Assembly: GCA_021849505.1 (NCBI GenBank)
Contig: JAJZSW010000003.1
Location: forward strand, 811-64,810
Reading direction: 5' to 3'
Length of the DNA stretch: 64,000 nt
Source: Pseudomonadota bacterium
GTDB lineage: Bacteria > Pseudomonadota > Gammaproteobacteria > Burkholderiales > Rhodocyclaceae
Positions 57,251 through 64,000 of the stretch are shown here, piece by piece (position 1 is the first letter of the stretch; every line of letters begins with the position of its first letter). The position numbers and the translations under genes were made by a program. The notes beneath the pieces were generated by a model that was not told where the DNA came from, did no database searches, and saw only the letters and a list, made by a program, of their open reading frames with translations.

Positions 57251-58027
57251 TTACTTGGGCTGCATGCGGATCGCGCCATCGAGGCGGATCGTTTCGCCGT
57301 TGAGATAGGGATTCTCGACGATCTGCCCCACCAGCGCGGCGAACTCGGCCGGCCGCCCCATGCGCGGCGGGAAGGGCACCATCCTGCCGAGCGCGTCGCG
57401 CACTTCCTCGGTCATGCCCGCCATCATCGGCGTTTCCATGATGCCCGGCGCGATGGCCATCACGCGGATGCCCATGCGCGCCAGATCGCGCGCGATCGGC
57501 AGGGTCATGCCGACGACGCCGCCCTTCGATGCGGCATAGGCGGCCTGGCCGATCTGGCCATCGTAGGCCGCCACCGAGGCCGTGCTGACGATCACGCCGC
57601 GCTCGCCCTCGGCATTCGGCGCATTGCGTCCCATCGCCTCCGCCGCGAGGCGGATCATGTTGAAGGCGCCGACCAGATTGATGTCGATCACGCGCTTGAA
57701 GCTCGCGAGCGCATGCGCCCCCTCCTTGCCCACCGTCTTCTCGCCGATCACGATGCCGGCGCAGCCGACCAGGCCATGCACGGCGCCGAACGCCTCCAGC
57801 GTCGCCGCCACGCAGGCCTGCGCGCTCGCCTCGTCCGCCACGTTGGTCGCGACGAAGCGTGCCGCCGCACCCTGGGCACCCAGTTCGCTCGCAAGCGCCT
57901 CCCCCGCCGCCTGGTTGAGATCGGCGATCACCACCTTGCCGCCCTGCGCCGCCAGCAGGCGCACCGCGCCCGCGCCGAGGCCCGAGGCCCCGCCGGTGAC
58001 GATGAATACGCTGTCCTTGATCTGCAT
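57251..58027 (-). CDS. short-chain dehydrogenase, 3-hydroxyacyl-CoA dehydrogenase type-2-like
   Basis: TGGASGLG cofactor motif and the catalytic YAASKGG motif. Its stop directly abuts the ccoI start. Confidence 0.85.
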   Translation of the reverse strand: MQIKDSVFIVTGGASGLGAGAVRLLAAQGGKVVIADLNQAAGEALASELGAQGAAARFVATNVADEASAQACVAATLEAFGAVHGLVGCAGIVIGEKTVGKEGAHALASFKRVIDINLVGAFNMIRLAAEAMGRNAPNAEGERGVIVSTASVAAYDGQIGQAAYAASKGGVVGMTLPIARDLARMGIRVMAIAPGIMETPMMAGMTEEVRDALGRMVPFPPRMGRPAEFAALVGQIVENPYLNGETIRLDGAIRMQPK

Positions 58028-58072
58028 GTCGTCCTCCCGAGGAATTTGGGGAGGGATTCTACCGGGTGGGAG

Positions 58073-58279
58073 TCAGGCGGCCAGTGCCGCCCGATGATGC
58101 AGTTGCATGAGCTTGTGACATGAGACAGGCTCGATGGCATAGGCGACACCGTCGACATCCGCAAACTCGACAAGCACATGCTCGGCATCCAGCTCATCCA
58201 CAATGGTACCCACTTGTCCCTTGGCCAGATGCGCTTCGGGCAAGTCCTCCAGCGTGGCCACGACATCATGAAGTCTCAT
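58073..58279 (-). CDS. DUF4926 domain protein
   Basis: MRLHDVVATLEDLPEAHLAKGQVGTIVDELDAEHVLVEF. 68 aa. It overlaps the upstream DUF6883 gene by 14 nt. Confidence 0.7.
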   Translation of the reverse strand: MRLHDVVATLEDLPEAHLAKGQVGTIVDELDAEHVLVEFADVDGVAYAIEPVSCHKLMQLHHRAALAA

Positions 58280-58613
58280 TGCATTCTCCGATCACAAAAC
58301 ATGTTACGAGCCGGGTTTCCTTCGATTTGCAGAGCCAGGCTGTCCTGACCTTTGCACAACGCCGGCCACGAACGATCTCAACATCAACGCGGTAGATTGT
58401 GCCCCATTTCGTTTCAGCCTGCACTTCAGCCGCACAATCCCGAACCGCGGCAAGAAGGGCCTCTGCCAGCCACTGGCCCCTCGATGCGCCAACACCCAGT
58501 GCGGAAAGGAATACCCGCGCCTTGTGACGCCCTTCCGGATGATTTGGATTCAACACATAATCAGTCAATTTGGCTATGTCGATATGTGCCTGATCCAGAT
58601 TCGGCAGCCGCAT
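58266..58613 (-). CDS. DUF6883 domain protein
   Basis: Start moved to the ATG at 58613 (MRLPNLDQAHIDIAKLTDYVLNPNHPEGRHKARVF). Confidence 0.65.
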   Translation of the reverse strand: MRLPNLDQAHIDIAKLTDYVLNPNHPEGRHKARVFLSALGVGASRGQWLAEALLAAVRDCAAEVQAETKWGTIYRVDVEIVRGRRCAKVRTAWLCKSKETRLVTCFVIGECNETS

Positions 58614-58625
58614 GGCATCCAACCG

Positions 58626-59441
58626 TCAGCCGCCCTGCAGCAGCGCCAGTACGGACTCGGTGTCGGGCCGCACGCCGCGCCAGAGGAAGAAGGATTCGGC
58701 CGCCTGCGCCACCAGCATGCCGAGGCCATCCGCGCCGCGCGCCGCGCCCTGCGCGCGCGCATCGCGCAGGAACGGCGTCTCGCCCTTGCCATACACCATG
58801 TCGTAGGCCAGCGCTCCGGCGGCGAACAGCCCCGCCGGCAACTGCAGGCTTTGCGTGCCGAGGCTGGCGGAGGTCGCGTTGATGACCAGATCGAAGCCGC
58901 CGCCGGCGAAATCGCCGAAGCCGCCGACCAGCAACTCGCCGAACGGGGCGAATTGCGTTTTGAGCGCTGCCGCCTTGTCGACACTGCGGTTGGCGATCGC
59001 CAGCAGCGCCGGGGACTCCTCCAGCAAGGGCAGAACGACGCCCCGTGCCGCCCCGCCGGCGCCGAGTATCAGAATGCGCCTGTCGCACAGCGGAAAGCCC
59101 AGCCGGTCGCGGATGTCGCGCACCAGCCCGATGCCGTCGGTGTTGTCGCCGAAAATCCCGTCCGCGTCGAAACGCAGGGTGTTCGCCGCGCCCGCCTGCC
59201 GCGCCCGCTCGGTCGGCTTGTCGGCCAGTTCCAGCGCTTCCAGCTTGAACGGCACCGTGACGTTCATGCCGCGCCCACCGGAATGCCGGAATGCCGCCAC
59301 CGCCGCGCGGAATCCGTCCAGCGGGCCGAGGATCGCCTCATAAGTCAGATCCTGCCCGCACTGGCGCGCAAAAGCCGCATGGATGGCAGGGGATTTCGAG
59401 TGGGCAATGGGATTGCCGATGACGGCGTAGCGGTCGGTCAT
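58626..59441 (-). CDS. aroE: shikimate dehydrogenase
   Basis: [28 protein letters not shown], and the GAGGAARG NADP motif. Confidence 0.92.
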   Translation of the reverse strand: MTDRYAVIGNPIAHSKSPAIHAAFARQCGQDLTYEAILGPLDGFRAAVAAFRHSGGRGMNVTVPFKLEALELADKPTERARQAGAANTLRFDADGIFGDNTDGIGLVRDIRDRLGFPLCDRRILILGAGGAARGVVLPLLEESPALLAIANRSVDKAAALKTQFAPFGELLVGGFGDFAGGGFDLVINATSASLGTQSLQLPAGLFAAGALAYDMVYGKGETPFLRDARAQGAARGADGLGMLVAQAAESFFLWRGVRPDTESVLALLQGG

Positions 59442-59444
59442 GGC
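59356..59444. repeat. 89-bp direct repeat, copy A (native aroE 5' end)
   Basis: 84 of 89 positions are identical to 60139-60227. Confidence 0.9.
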
Positions 59445-59460
59445 GGGAAATCCAACTGGC

Positions 59461-59805
59461 TTAAGCGTCCAAACTCCGCAAATTCTTGAGCAATGCCGGC
59501 AGGGCGGTTTGCACCGTATCCCACACCACGTCGAGATTGATCTCGAAATAGCCGTGTGCGATGCGATTACGCATGCCTTTCATGCTCCGCCAAGGAATAT
59601 CCTCATGTCGCGCGGTGAAGTCGGAATGATCCTGCAACAATTTGGATGCTGCTTCACCAATGATGATCAGGTTCATGACCACGGCTTGCTGCGTCCGAGT
59701 ATCGGCAAGAAAATCGGCCTTGTTCATTCCCTCCACATAAGCACAAGCGTTCGTAGCGGCTTGGTGTATGTGTTCGAGGTAATCCGGCAAGCGGCTCTCG
59801 TTCAT
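59461..59805 (-). CDS. hepT: HepT (HEPN/DUF86) toxin
   Basis: The Rx4HxY motif RNRIAHGY. 114 aa. It overlaps the upstream nucleotidyltransferase gene by 4 nt. Confidence 0.85.
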   Translation of the reverse strand: MNESRLPDYLEHIHQAATNACAYVEGMNKADFLADTRTQQAVVMNLIIIGEAASKLLQDHSDFTARHEDIPWRSMKGMRNRIAHGYFEINLDVVWDTVQTALPALLKNLRSLDA

Positions 59806-60092
59806 ACCGGCCGAGCTTCCGCCAACACCCTTGCCCGGAACTTTTTCGGCAAATCCTCAGGGGTCAAGACATCAACGGTGACACCGAGCAGGTCTTCCAG
59901 TTCAACTTGCAAACCGCCAAGATCGAACAGTGTTGCCCCGGGCAAGGCATCGACAAGCAGGTCAAGATCGCTGCCCTCGGCATCCGAACCATTCAGCACC
60001 GAGCCGAACACACGGGGATTTTTCGCGCGATAGCGGCAAACCGTCGCACGAACGATATCCCGTTTCCCGTCGAGAGCAGTTGAGGGTCTCAT
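59802..60092 (-). CDS. mntA: MntA minimal nucleotidyltransferase antitoxin
   Basis: GS...DxD motif (FGSVLNGSDAEGSDLDLLVD). 96 aa. Confidence 0.85.
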   Translation of the reverse strand: MRPSTALDGKRDIVRATVCRYRAKNPRVFGSVLNGSDAEGSDLDLLVDALPGATLFDLGGLQVELEDLLGVTVDVLTPEDLPKKFRARVLAEARPV

Positions 60093-60138
60093 ATTGGCCG
60101 ATGATGTCTAACAATCCACGAAAAATCAACAAGCCCGT

Positions 60139-60227
60139 CCGCACTGGCGCGCAAAAGCCGCATGAATGGCGGGGGATTTCGAGTGGGCAATCCCATTGCC
60201 GATGACGGCGTAGCGGTCGGTCATGGC
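60139..60227 (-). pseudogene. duplicated aroE 5' fragment (89-bp direct repeat, copy B)
   Basis: Encodes [18 protein letters not shown]... and then diverges. It lies 783 bp from the native copy and immediately downstream of the hicB stop. Confidence 0.85.
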
Positions 60228-60230
60228 TGG

Positions 60231-60554
60231 TCAAGCCGCCAGTTTGGCGCTGGCCAGCCGGTTGAGGCTGATGCCATTCTCCGCCGCCTGAAGCGCCAGC
60301 GCACGATGCAAGTGCGGCGGGATACGTACGCGAAATTCACCGCTATAACGCTTCTCGGCGAGTGGTTCCGGCACAGGTTCACCGGAAGCTTGCATGTCCG
60401 CGACGGCTTCGGCAACAACCTGGCGAATTCCCTTCAGCGCCTCTTCGGGCGATGACGCCAGCCACGAAAGCGATGGGAATTCGGCACACAACCCGACATG
60501 CTCCCCGTCCTCAGGAGACCATGTCACGCGGTAGGTATAGTGTTCGATGCTCAT
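60231..60554 (-). CDS. hicB: HicB-family antitoxin
   Basis: Start at MSIEHYTYRVTWSPEDGEHVGLCAEFPSLSW. The C-terminus is RHH-like (RIPPHLHRALALQAAENGISLNRL). Confidence 0.8.
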   Translation of the reverse strand: MSIEHYTYRVTWSPEDGEHVGLCAEFPSLSWLASSPEEALKGIRQVVAEAVADMQASGEPVPEPLAEKRYSGEFRVRIPPHLHRALALQAAENGISLNRLASAKLAA

Positions 60555-60808
60555 TTCATGTTCTCCAGTTTCTCGATTGCCAACAACACTTGACGCACTT
60601 GATACGCTTTGGCTTTCCCCTTGTCGTTCTGGATATTGACGCGCGGATCGCCCGGCCATGGCGTTTTGAAGATTGCGTGACTACCGCCCTGTTGCCGAGG
60701 CTTCCCGAAATAGGTTTCGCAAACCCCAAATAAAGCACTGAACCGAACATTCGCCGGTTCCTTACGCATCTGCTCAATCACTTTATCGCCAGACTTCATG
60801 CAATGCAT
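60551..60808 (-). CDS. hicA: HicA-like toxin
   Basis: GGSHAIFKTPWPGDPRVNIQNDKGKAKAYQVRQV (a GSH-containing HicA-type fold). The stop overlaps the hicB start (ATGA). The start is uncertain (ATG at 60808 or 60799). Confidence 0.65.
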   Translation of the reverse strand: MHCMKSGDKVIEQMRKEPANVRFSALFGVCETYFGKPRQQGGSHAIFKTPWPGDPRVNIQNDKGKAKAYQVRQVLLAIEKLENMK

Positions 60809-60854
60809 GGTACCAATATTGGCCCCACACATCAAGCGCTTTGAACGGCATTCC

Positions 60855-60879
60855 CTGCCGCCCAACCAGCGCCGACTTT
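60855..60879 (-). repeat. dispersed 25-mer, copy 13 (degenerate)
   Basis: The + strand reads CTGCCGCCCAACCAGCGCCGACTTT, upstream of hicA. Confidence 0.55.
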
Positions 60880-61100
60880 TCAATGACTTAGGTTAACCAC
60901 CCGGTTTTTACCCCTGCCTTTAGTTGCATAAACCCCACAACCGGCGCCGTCGAAACCGGGCAAAAGGCGGTTTGGGCTGGCCAGGCATACCCCTTCTGGG
61001 AAAATGCAGCCAGCTTCCAATCAAGGGAGTCCCGGCGGGATCAGTGACGAACCACGTGGAATCATTGAAACCGCAATCTTCAAACGTAAAGGAGATTCAT

Positions 61101-62333
61101 ATGCAGAAGAAAATCATCGCCATGGCTGTTGCTGGTCTGATGTCCGGCGCCGCCTTCGCGCAGTCCAATGTCACCATCTACGGTGCCGCCGATGTCACCT
61201 TTGACAATGTCAAGGCCGGTGGCGCGACGGGCCCGATGACTGTCGATTTTGATGGTGCTGGTGGCGACGCTGCCAATACATTCACCAACCTGAACCAGCC
61301 CGCCCGCAACCGCGTCTCCGCCAACTCTTCGATCCTTGGCTTCAAGGGCTCTGAAGCTCTGGGTAATGGCCTGACCGCCGTGTTCCAGTTCGAAGGCAGC
61401 GTCGCCAACGATACGGCCGGCGCCTTCAACTTCGCCCGCGACAGCTACGTCGGCATCGCCGGCGGTTTCGGCACCGTCGCCGCCGGTATCCTCTCCGGCC
61501 CGACCCGCAGTCTGGGCGCGGCGATGGATCCCTTCCTCGGTGCGACTGGCATCACCTCCAACTCCGCCCTGCTCGGCAAGCTGGGCGGTGCCACTCTGGT
61601 CGGTGCGAATCCTTACTTCGCCGCCCCTGTTACCACCGGCAATGACAACACCATCGCCAACGCCCAGGCTGCGTTTGGCGCCCTCGGCTACTGCGCCACC
61701 TCGGGTACCTGCGCTTCGCTGTTCGACACGCGCTGGAACAACGCTATTGCCTATATCTCCCCGAACATGGCTGGCCTGACCATCACCGCCGCCTACGTCG
61801 CCAACGAAAACAAGACGCGCGACGACGTTGCCAACAAGCTGAACACCCGTGGCTACGACATTGGCGCCCGCTACGAAAACGGCCCGATCATGGCCGGCCT
61901 GACCTACAACAAGGCAAACCTCGGCGACAACTTTGACACAAGCGCTGCCGACACGCGTGCCGCGTTCAAGTACAACTTCGGTGCGGGTACCGTCGGTTTG
62001 CTGTGGGATCGCGTCAAGGTCGAGGATAGTGCCGGTAGCGTGAAGCGCAATGCCTGGTTCATCCCGGTCACCTTCAATGTCACCGCCAACGGCAAGATCG
62101 TTGCCCAGTACGGCCAGGCTGGCGATGTCTCCGACACCAGCGACACCGGCGCCAAGATGTTCGCCCTCGGCTACGAGCACAGCCTCAGCAAGCGCACCAC
62201 CCTCAAGGCCGTCTGGTCGCAGATCAAGAACGAGTCCTTTGCTGCCTACGACTTTGGCGTGAACTCCGTCGGCGGTATTTTCCCCGGCGCCGACCCGAAG
62301 GGCTTCCAGGTTGGCGTGCGTCACACCTTCTAA
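61101..62333 (+). CDS. trimeric general porin (betaproteobacterial OmpC-like family)
   Basis: AAAGGAG Shine-Dalgarno, signal peptide MQKKIIAMAVAGLMSGAAFA, beta-strand-rich sequence and a C-terminal ...VGVRHTF. Confidence 0.88.
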   Translation: MQKKIIAMAVAGLMSGAAFAQSNVTIYGAADVTFDNVKAGGATGPMTVDFDGAGGDAANTFTNLNQPARNRVSANSSILGFKGSEALGNGLTAVFQFEGSVANDTAGAFNFARDSYVGIAGGFGTVAAGILSGPTRSLGAAMDPFLGATGITSNSALLGKLGGATLVGANPYFAAPVTTGNDNTIANAQAAFGALGYCATSGTCASLFDTRWNNAIAYISPNMAGLTITAAYVANENKTRDDVANKLNTRGYDIGARYENGPIMAGLTYNKANLGDNFDTSAADTRAAFKYNFGAGTVGLLWDRVKVEDSAGSVKRNAWFIPVTFNVTANGKIVAQYGQAGDVSDTSDTGAKMFALGYEHSLSKRTTLKAVWSQIKNESFAAYDFGVNSVGGIFPGADPKGFQVGVRHTF

Positions 62334-62359
62334 TTCAAGCTTTACCTGAGTTAGATGAG

Positions 62360-62384
62360 ACGGCCACCTTCGGGTGGCCGTTTT
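62360..62384 (+). terminator. Rho-independent terminator of the porin gene
   Basis: ACGGCCACC-TTCG-GGTGGCCGT followed by TTT. Confidence 0.85.
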
Positions 62385-62400
62385 ACTTTCAGCCTTCGCA

Positions 62401-62425
62401 AAAGTCGGCGCTGGCGGGACGGCAG
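62401..62425 (+). repeat. dispersed 25-mer, copy 14
   Basis: AAAGTCGGCGCTGGCGGGACGGCAG, 17 nt after the porin terminator. Confidence 0.9.
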
Positions 62426-62478
62426 CGTATGTCGTTTCAAATGACAAGTGAGGCTACAATCGTCGGCAGGAGGAAGCG

Positions 62479-62748
62479 ATGCCCACCATCAGCATGTTCT
62501 ACGGGATACTCGTTCTGATGTTTTTCCGTGACAACAAACAGCACAACCTGCCGCATATCCACGCTCGTTACCAGGGTGACGAAGCCGCGATTTCGATTGA
62601 AGACGGCGCACTGCTTGACGGAAAACTGCCAGCCAAGCAACTCAAGATGGTGCAGGCATGGATCGAGATACACAAGGAAGAACTGCAAGTCGATTGGCAA
62701 CTTGCCGTGAATGGCGAGGATCCGTTCCGCATCGCTCCGTTACAGTGA
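62479..62748 (+). CDS. DUF4160 domain protein
   Basis: MPTISMFYGILVLMFFRDNKQHNLPHIHARYQG is the typical DUF4160 N-terminus. Confidence 0.8.
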   Translation: MPTISMFYGILVLMFFRDNKQHNLPHIHARYQGDEAAISIEDGALLDGKLPAKQLKMVQAWIEIHKEELQVDWQLAVNGEDPFRIAPLQ

Positions 62749-62756
62749 GGCCGCTT

Positions 62757-63023
62757 ATGTCACTTGATGTCATATCAGTCACCCCGCACGCAGACTTCAC
62801 GCTCGACCTTGAATACGCAAACGGCGAGCGTCGCCGCTTCGACGTGAAACCCTTGCTGACGATAAAACCCTGGAATCGTATTGCATCGCCAGCCATATTC
62901 AATCGCGTGCGTGTGGACTATGGCACCGTAGTATGGCCAGGCGAAATCGACATTTCCCCTGAGACGCTCTATATCGACTCCGTGCCTATCAAAGAAGCCA
63001 GCGAGCTTGCTGCCGCGTGTTGA
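62757..63023 (+). CDS. DUF2442 domain protein
   Basis: Start at MSLDVISVTPHADFTLDLEYANGERRRFDVKP. It is the usual partner of DUF4160. Confidence 0.8.
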   Translation: MSLDVISVTPHADFTLDLEYANGERRRFDVKPLLTIKPWNRIASPAIFNRVRVDYGTVVWPGEIDISPETLYIDSVPIKEASELAAAC

Positions 63024-63038
63024 CGTGTAAAACGACAT

Positions 63039-64000
63039 TCACCGCAACGGCGCGACCTTCATAAACTCGCCCGTCAGTCGTCCAGCGTGCCAGCTTGCGA
63101 TAAGTTCTTCGCGGTGCAGTTCGATCCACGCATTCACCAGCAGTAGTTTGTTTGTCGGCAGTTGTCCAAACAACAACGCATTTGACGCAACTTCAATTCC
63201 CGCTTCCGCGCCATTGCATAACACGACGACGAACGGCGCAGCATCTTTCCGCGTGCGTGCTGCCACAAACCCGATCATCACCCCGTAAAACGCCGCGATC
63301 AGTTTCAGGTCGTGCTTGCGGAGCGGATCGTAGTGACGCCGATACAAGTGCGCCAAGTCCAGTCCCGCGATGTCGTAGCGTTCCATCGCCGCAAACAAGG
63401 GTTCCAGCGGATACTGCTCATTGCCGTAGCGCCTGCTGACGGCATTGTTCGTATGTCCTGTCAGCGCATCGTGCACGGCTTCTTCGATGCCGACTTTGCG
63501 ACAGATGTCTTTGAAAGTGTGCCTAAATGAGTGAAACACTTTGCGCTTGTCGGTAATGCGCACCCGCTGACGCAAGTAATAGCTGAAGAAGTTGCTGAAA
63601 TAGCCACCCAACTTGCCACGCGGATTCGGCTTGAGATAGGGAAACAGCAGCTTGCCTGACTTGTTCTGTTGGACATAGTCGATGAAACCGCAGGCAACGA
63701 GAATGGGATGCACGGGAACACGACGACGCGACGACGCATTCTTCAGTTTCGCGTGTTCGGCTTCGTCGCTGATATTCAGGTAATGTCCCAGTTCGGCGAC
63801 ATAGCGCACATCCTTCACCAGTAACTGCGCCAGTTCTTCGACACGAGCGCCTGTAAATAACGCCAACAGCGGCAACCAGTAGCACGCCTCACGCCCGCCG
63901 ACTTGCGGCAGGTAGTTGTCGGTGAAGATCGGCGAGTTGAAGATGCGCTGCAAGTCATCGGTGCTGAATGCGACACGACTTTTACCATCGGGCTTGTGCG
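63039..64000 (-). CDS. tyrosine recombinase/integrase, partial (5' end outside the window), fused in frame to a degenerate DUF4160-like C-terminus
   Basis: The frame stays open to nt 64000. Catalytic residues are present (ARVEEL, HSFRHTF, LTGH, RRYG). The last roughly 88 aa (about 63042-63310) resemble DUF4160 but lack a start Met and the HxxPHxH motif. Confidence 0.75.
   Translation of the reverse strand, partial: HKPDGKSRVAFSTDDLQRIFNSPIFTDNYLPQVGGREACYWLPLLALFTGARVEELAQLLVKDVRYVAELGHYLNISDEAEHAKLKNASSRRRVPVHPILVACGFIDYVQQNKSGKLLFPYLKPNPRGKLGGYFSNFFSYYLRQRVRITDKRKVFHSFRHTFKDICRKVGIEEAVHDALTGHTNNAVSRRYGNEQYPLEPLFAAMERYDIAGLDLAHLYRRHYDPLRKHDLKLIAAFYGVMIGFVAARTRKDAAPFVVVLCNGAEAGIEVASNALLFGQLPTNKLLLVNAWIELHREELIASWHAGRLTGEFMKVAPLR

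Overview
High-GC chromosomal segment (about two-thirds G+C by eye). The gene content looks betaproteobacterial, Rhodocyclales-like; that assignment is a low-confidence inference. I call about 76 protein-coding genes and recognised no rRNA, tRNA or CRISPR array.

Gene blocks, in order:
1. 1-10.6 kb: acetate-type transport. A partial actP, then two paralogous DUF4212 + sodium:solute-symporter operons flanking an OmpR-family two-component system and a CBS/DUF294 nucleotidyltransferase.
2. 10.6-21.3 kb: housekeeping genes. An RlmN-like radical SAM enzyme, groES-groEL with a perfect CIRCE operator, dacB, PiT/DUF47 and ubiD-ubiA.
3. 21.5-26.6 kb: four small secreted Gly/Met/Gln-rich low-complexity proteins, ompR/envZ-like genes and two NosL-like genes.
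4. 26.6-36 kb: a methyltransferase, glnB, nadE, ppa, copZ-copA, hemN and fnr.
5. 36-45.5 kb: anaerobic/NO regulation. This block holds narXL, two tandem Dnr-like Crp/Fnr regulators and nnrS-DUF2249-hemerythrin. It also holds an ODP-like di-iron protein coupled to a sensor-less MCP signalling-domain protein and an NPD-type flavoprotein.
6. 45.8-58 kb: phaC, usp/hemerythrin, and the full cbb3 oxidase set ccoNOQP, ccoGH and ccoIS.
7. 58-64 kb: an AT-richer patch of toxin-antitoxin-like pairs inserted around aroE and a porin gene, ending in a partial tyrosine integrase.

Most interesting signals:
- An ODP / mini-MCP / flavoprotein operon sits beside a Dnr-box-driven hemerythrin-DUF2249-NnrS unit.
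- A candidate FNR-dependent small RNA lies between ccoS and ccoN. It has an FNR box, a correctly spaced -10 and a strong terminator.
- A dispersed, oriented 25-nt repeat occurs in at least 14 copies, three of them in frame inside conserved genes, plus an 80-bp tandem array.
- The same heptad direct-repeat array lies upstream of both DUF4212/SSS operons.
- An FNR box is placed at class II distance from phaC.
- An 89-bp duplication of the aroE 5' end brackets a HepT/MntA cassette.

All functional calls rest on motifs I recognise in the translations. No database search was run.
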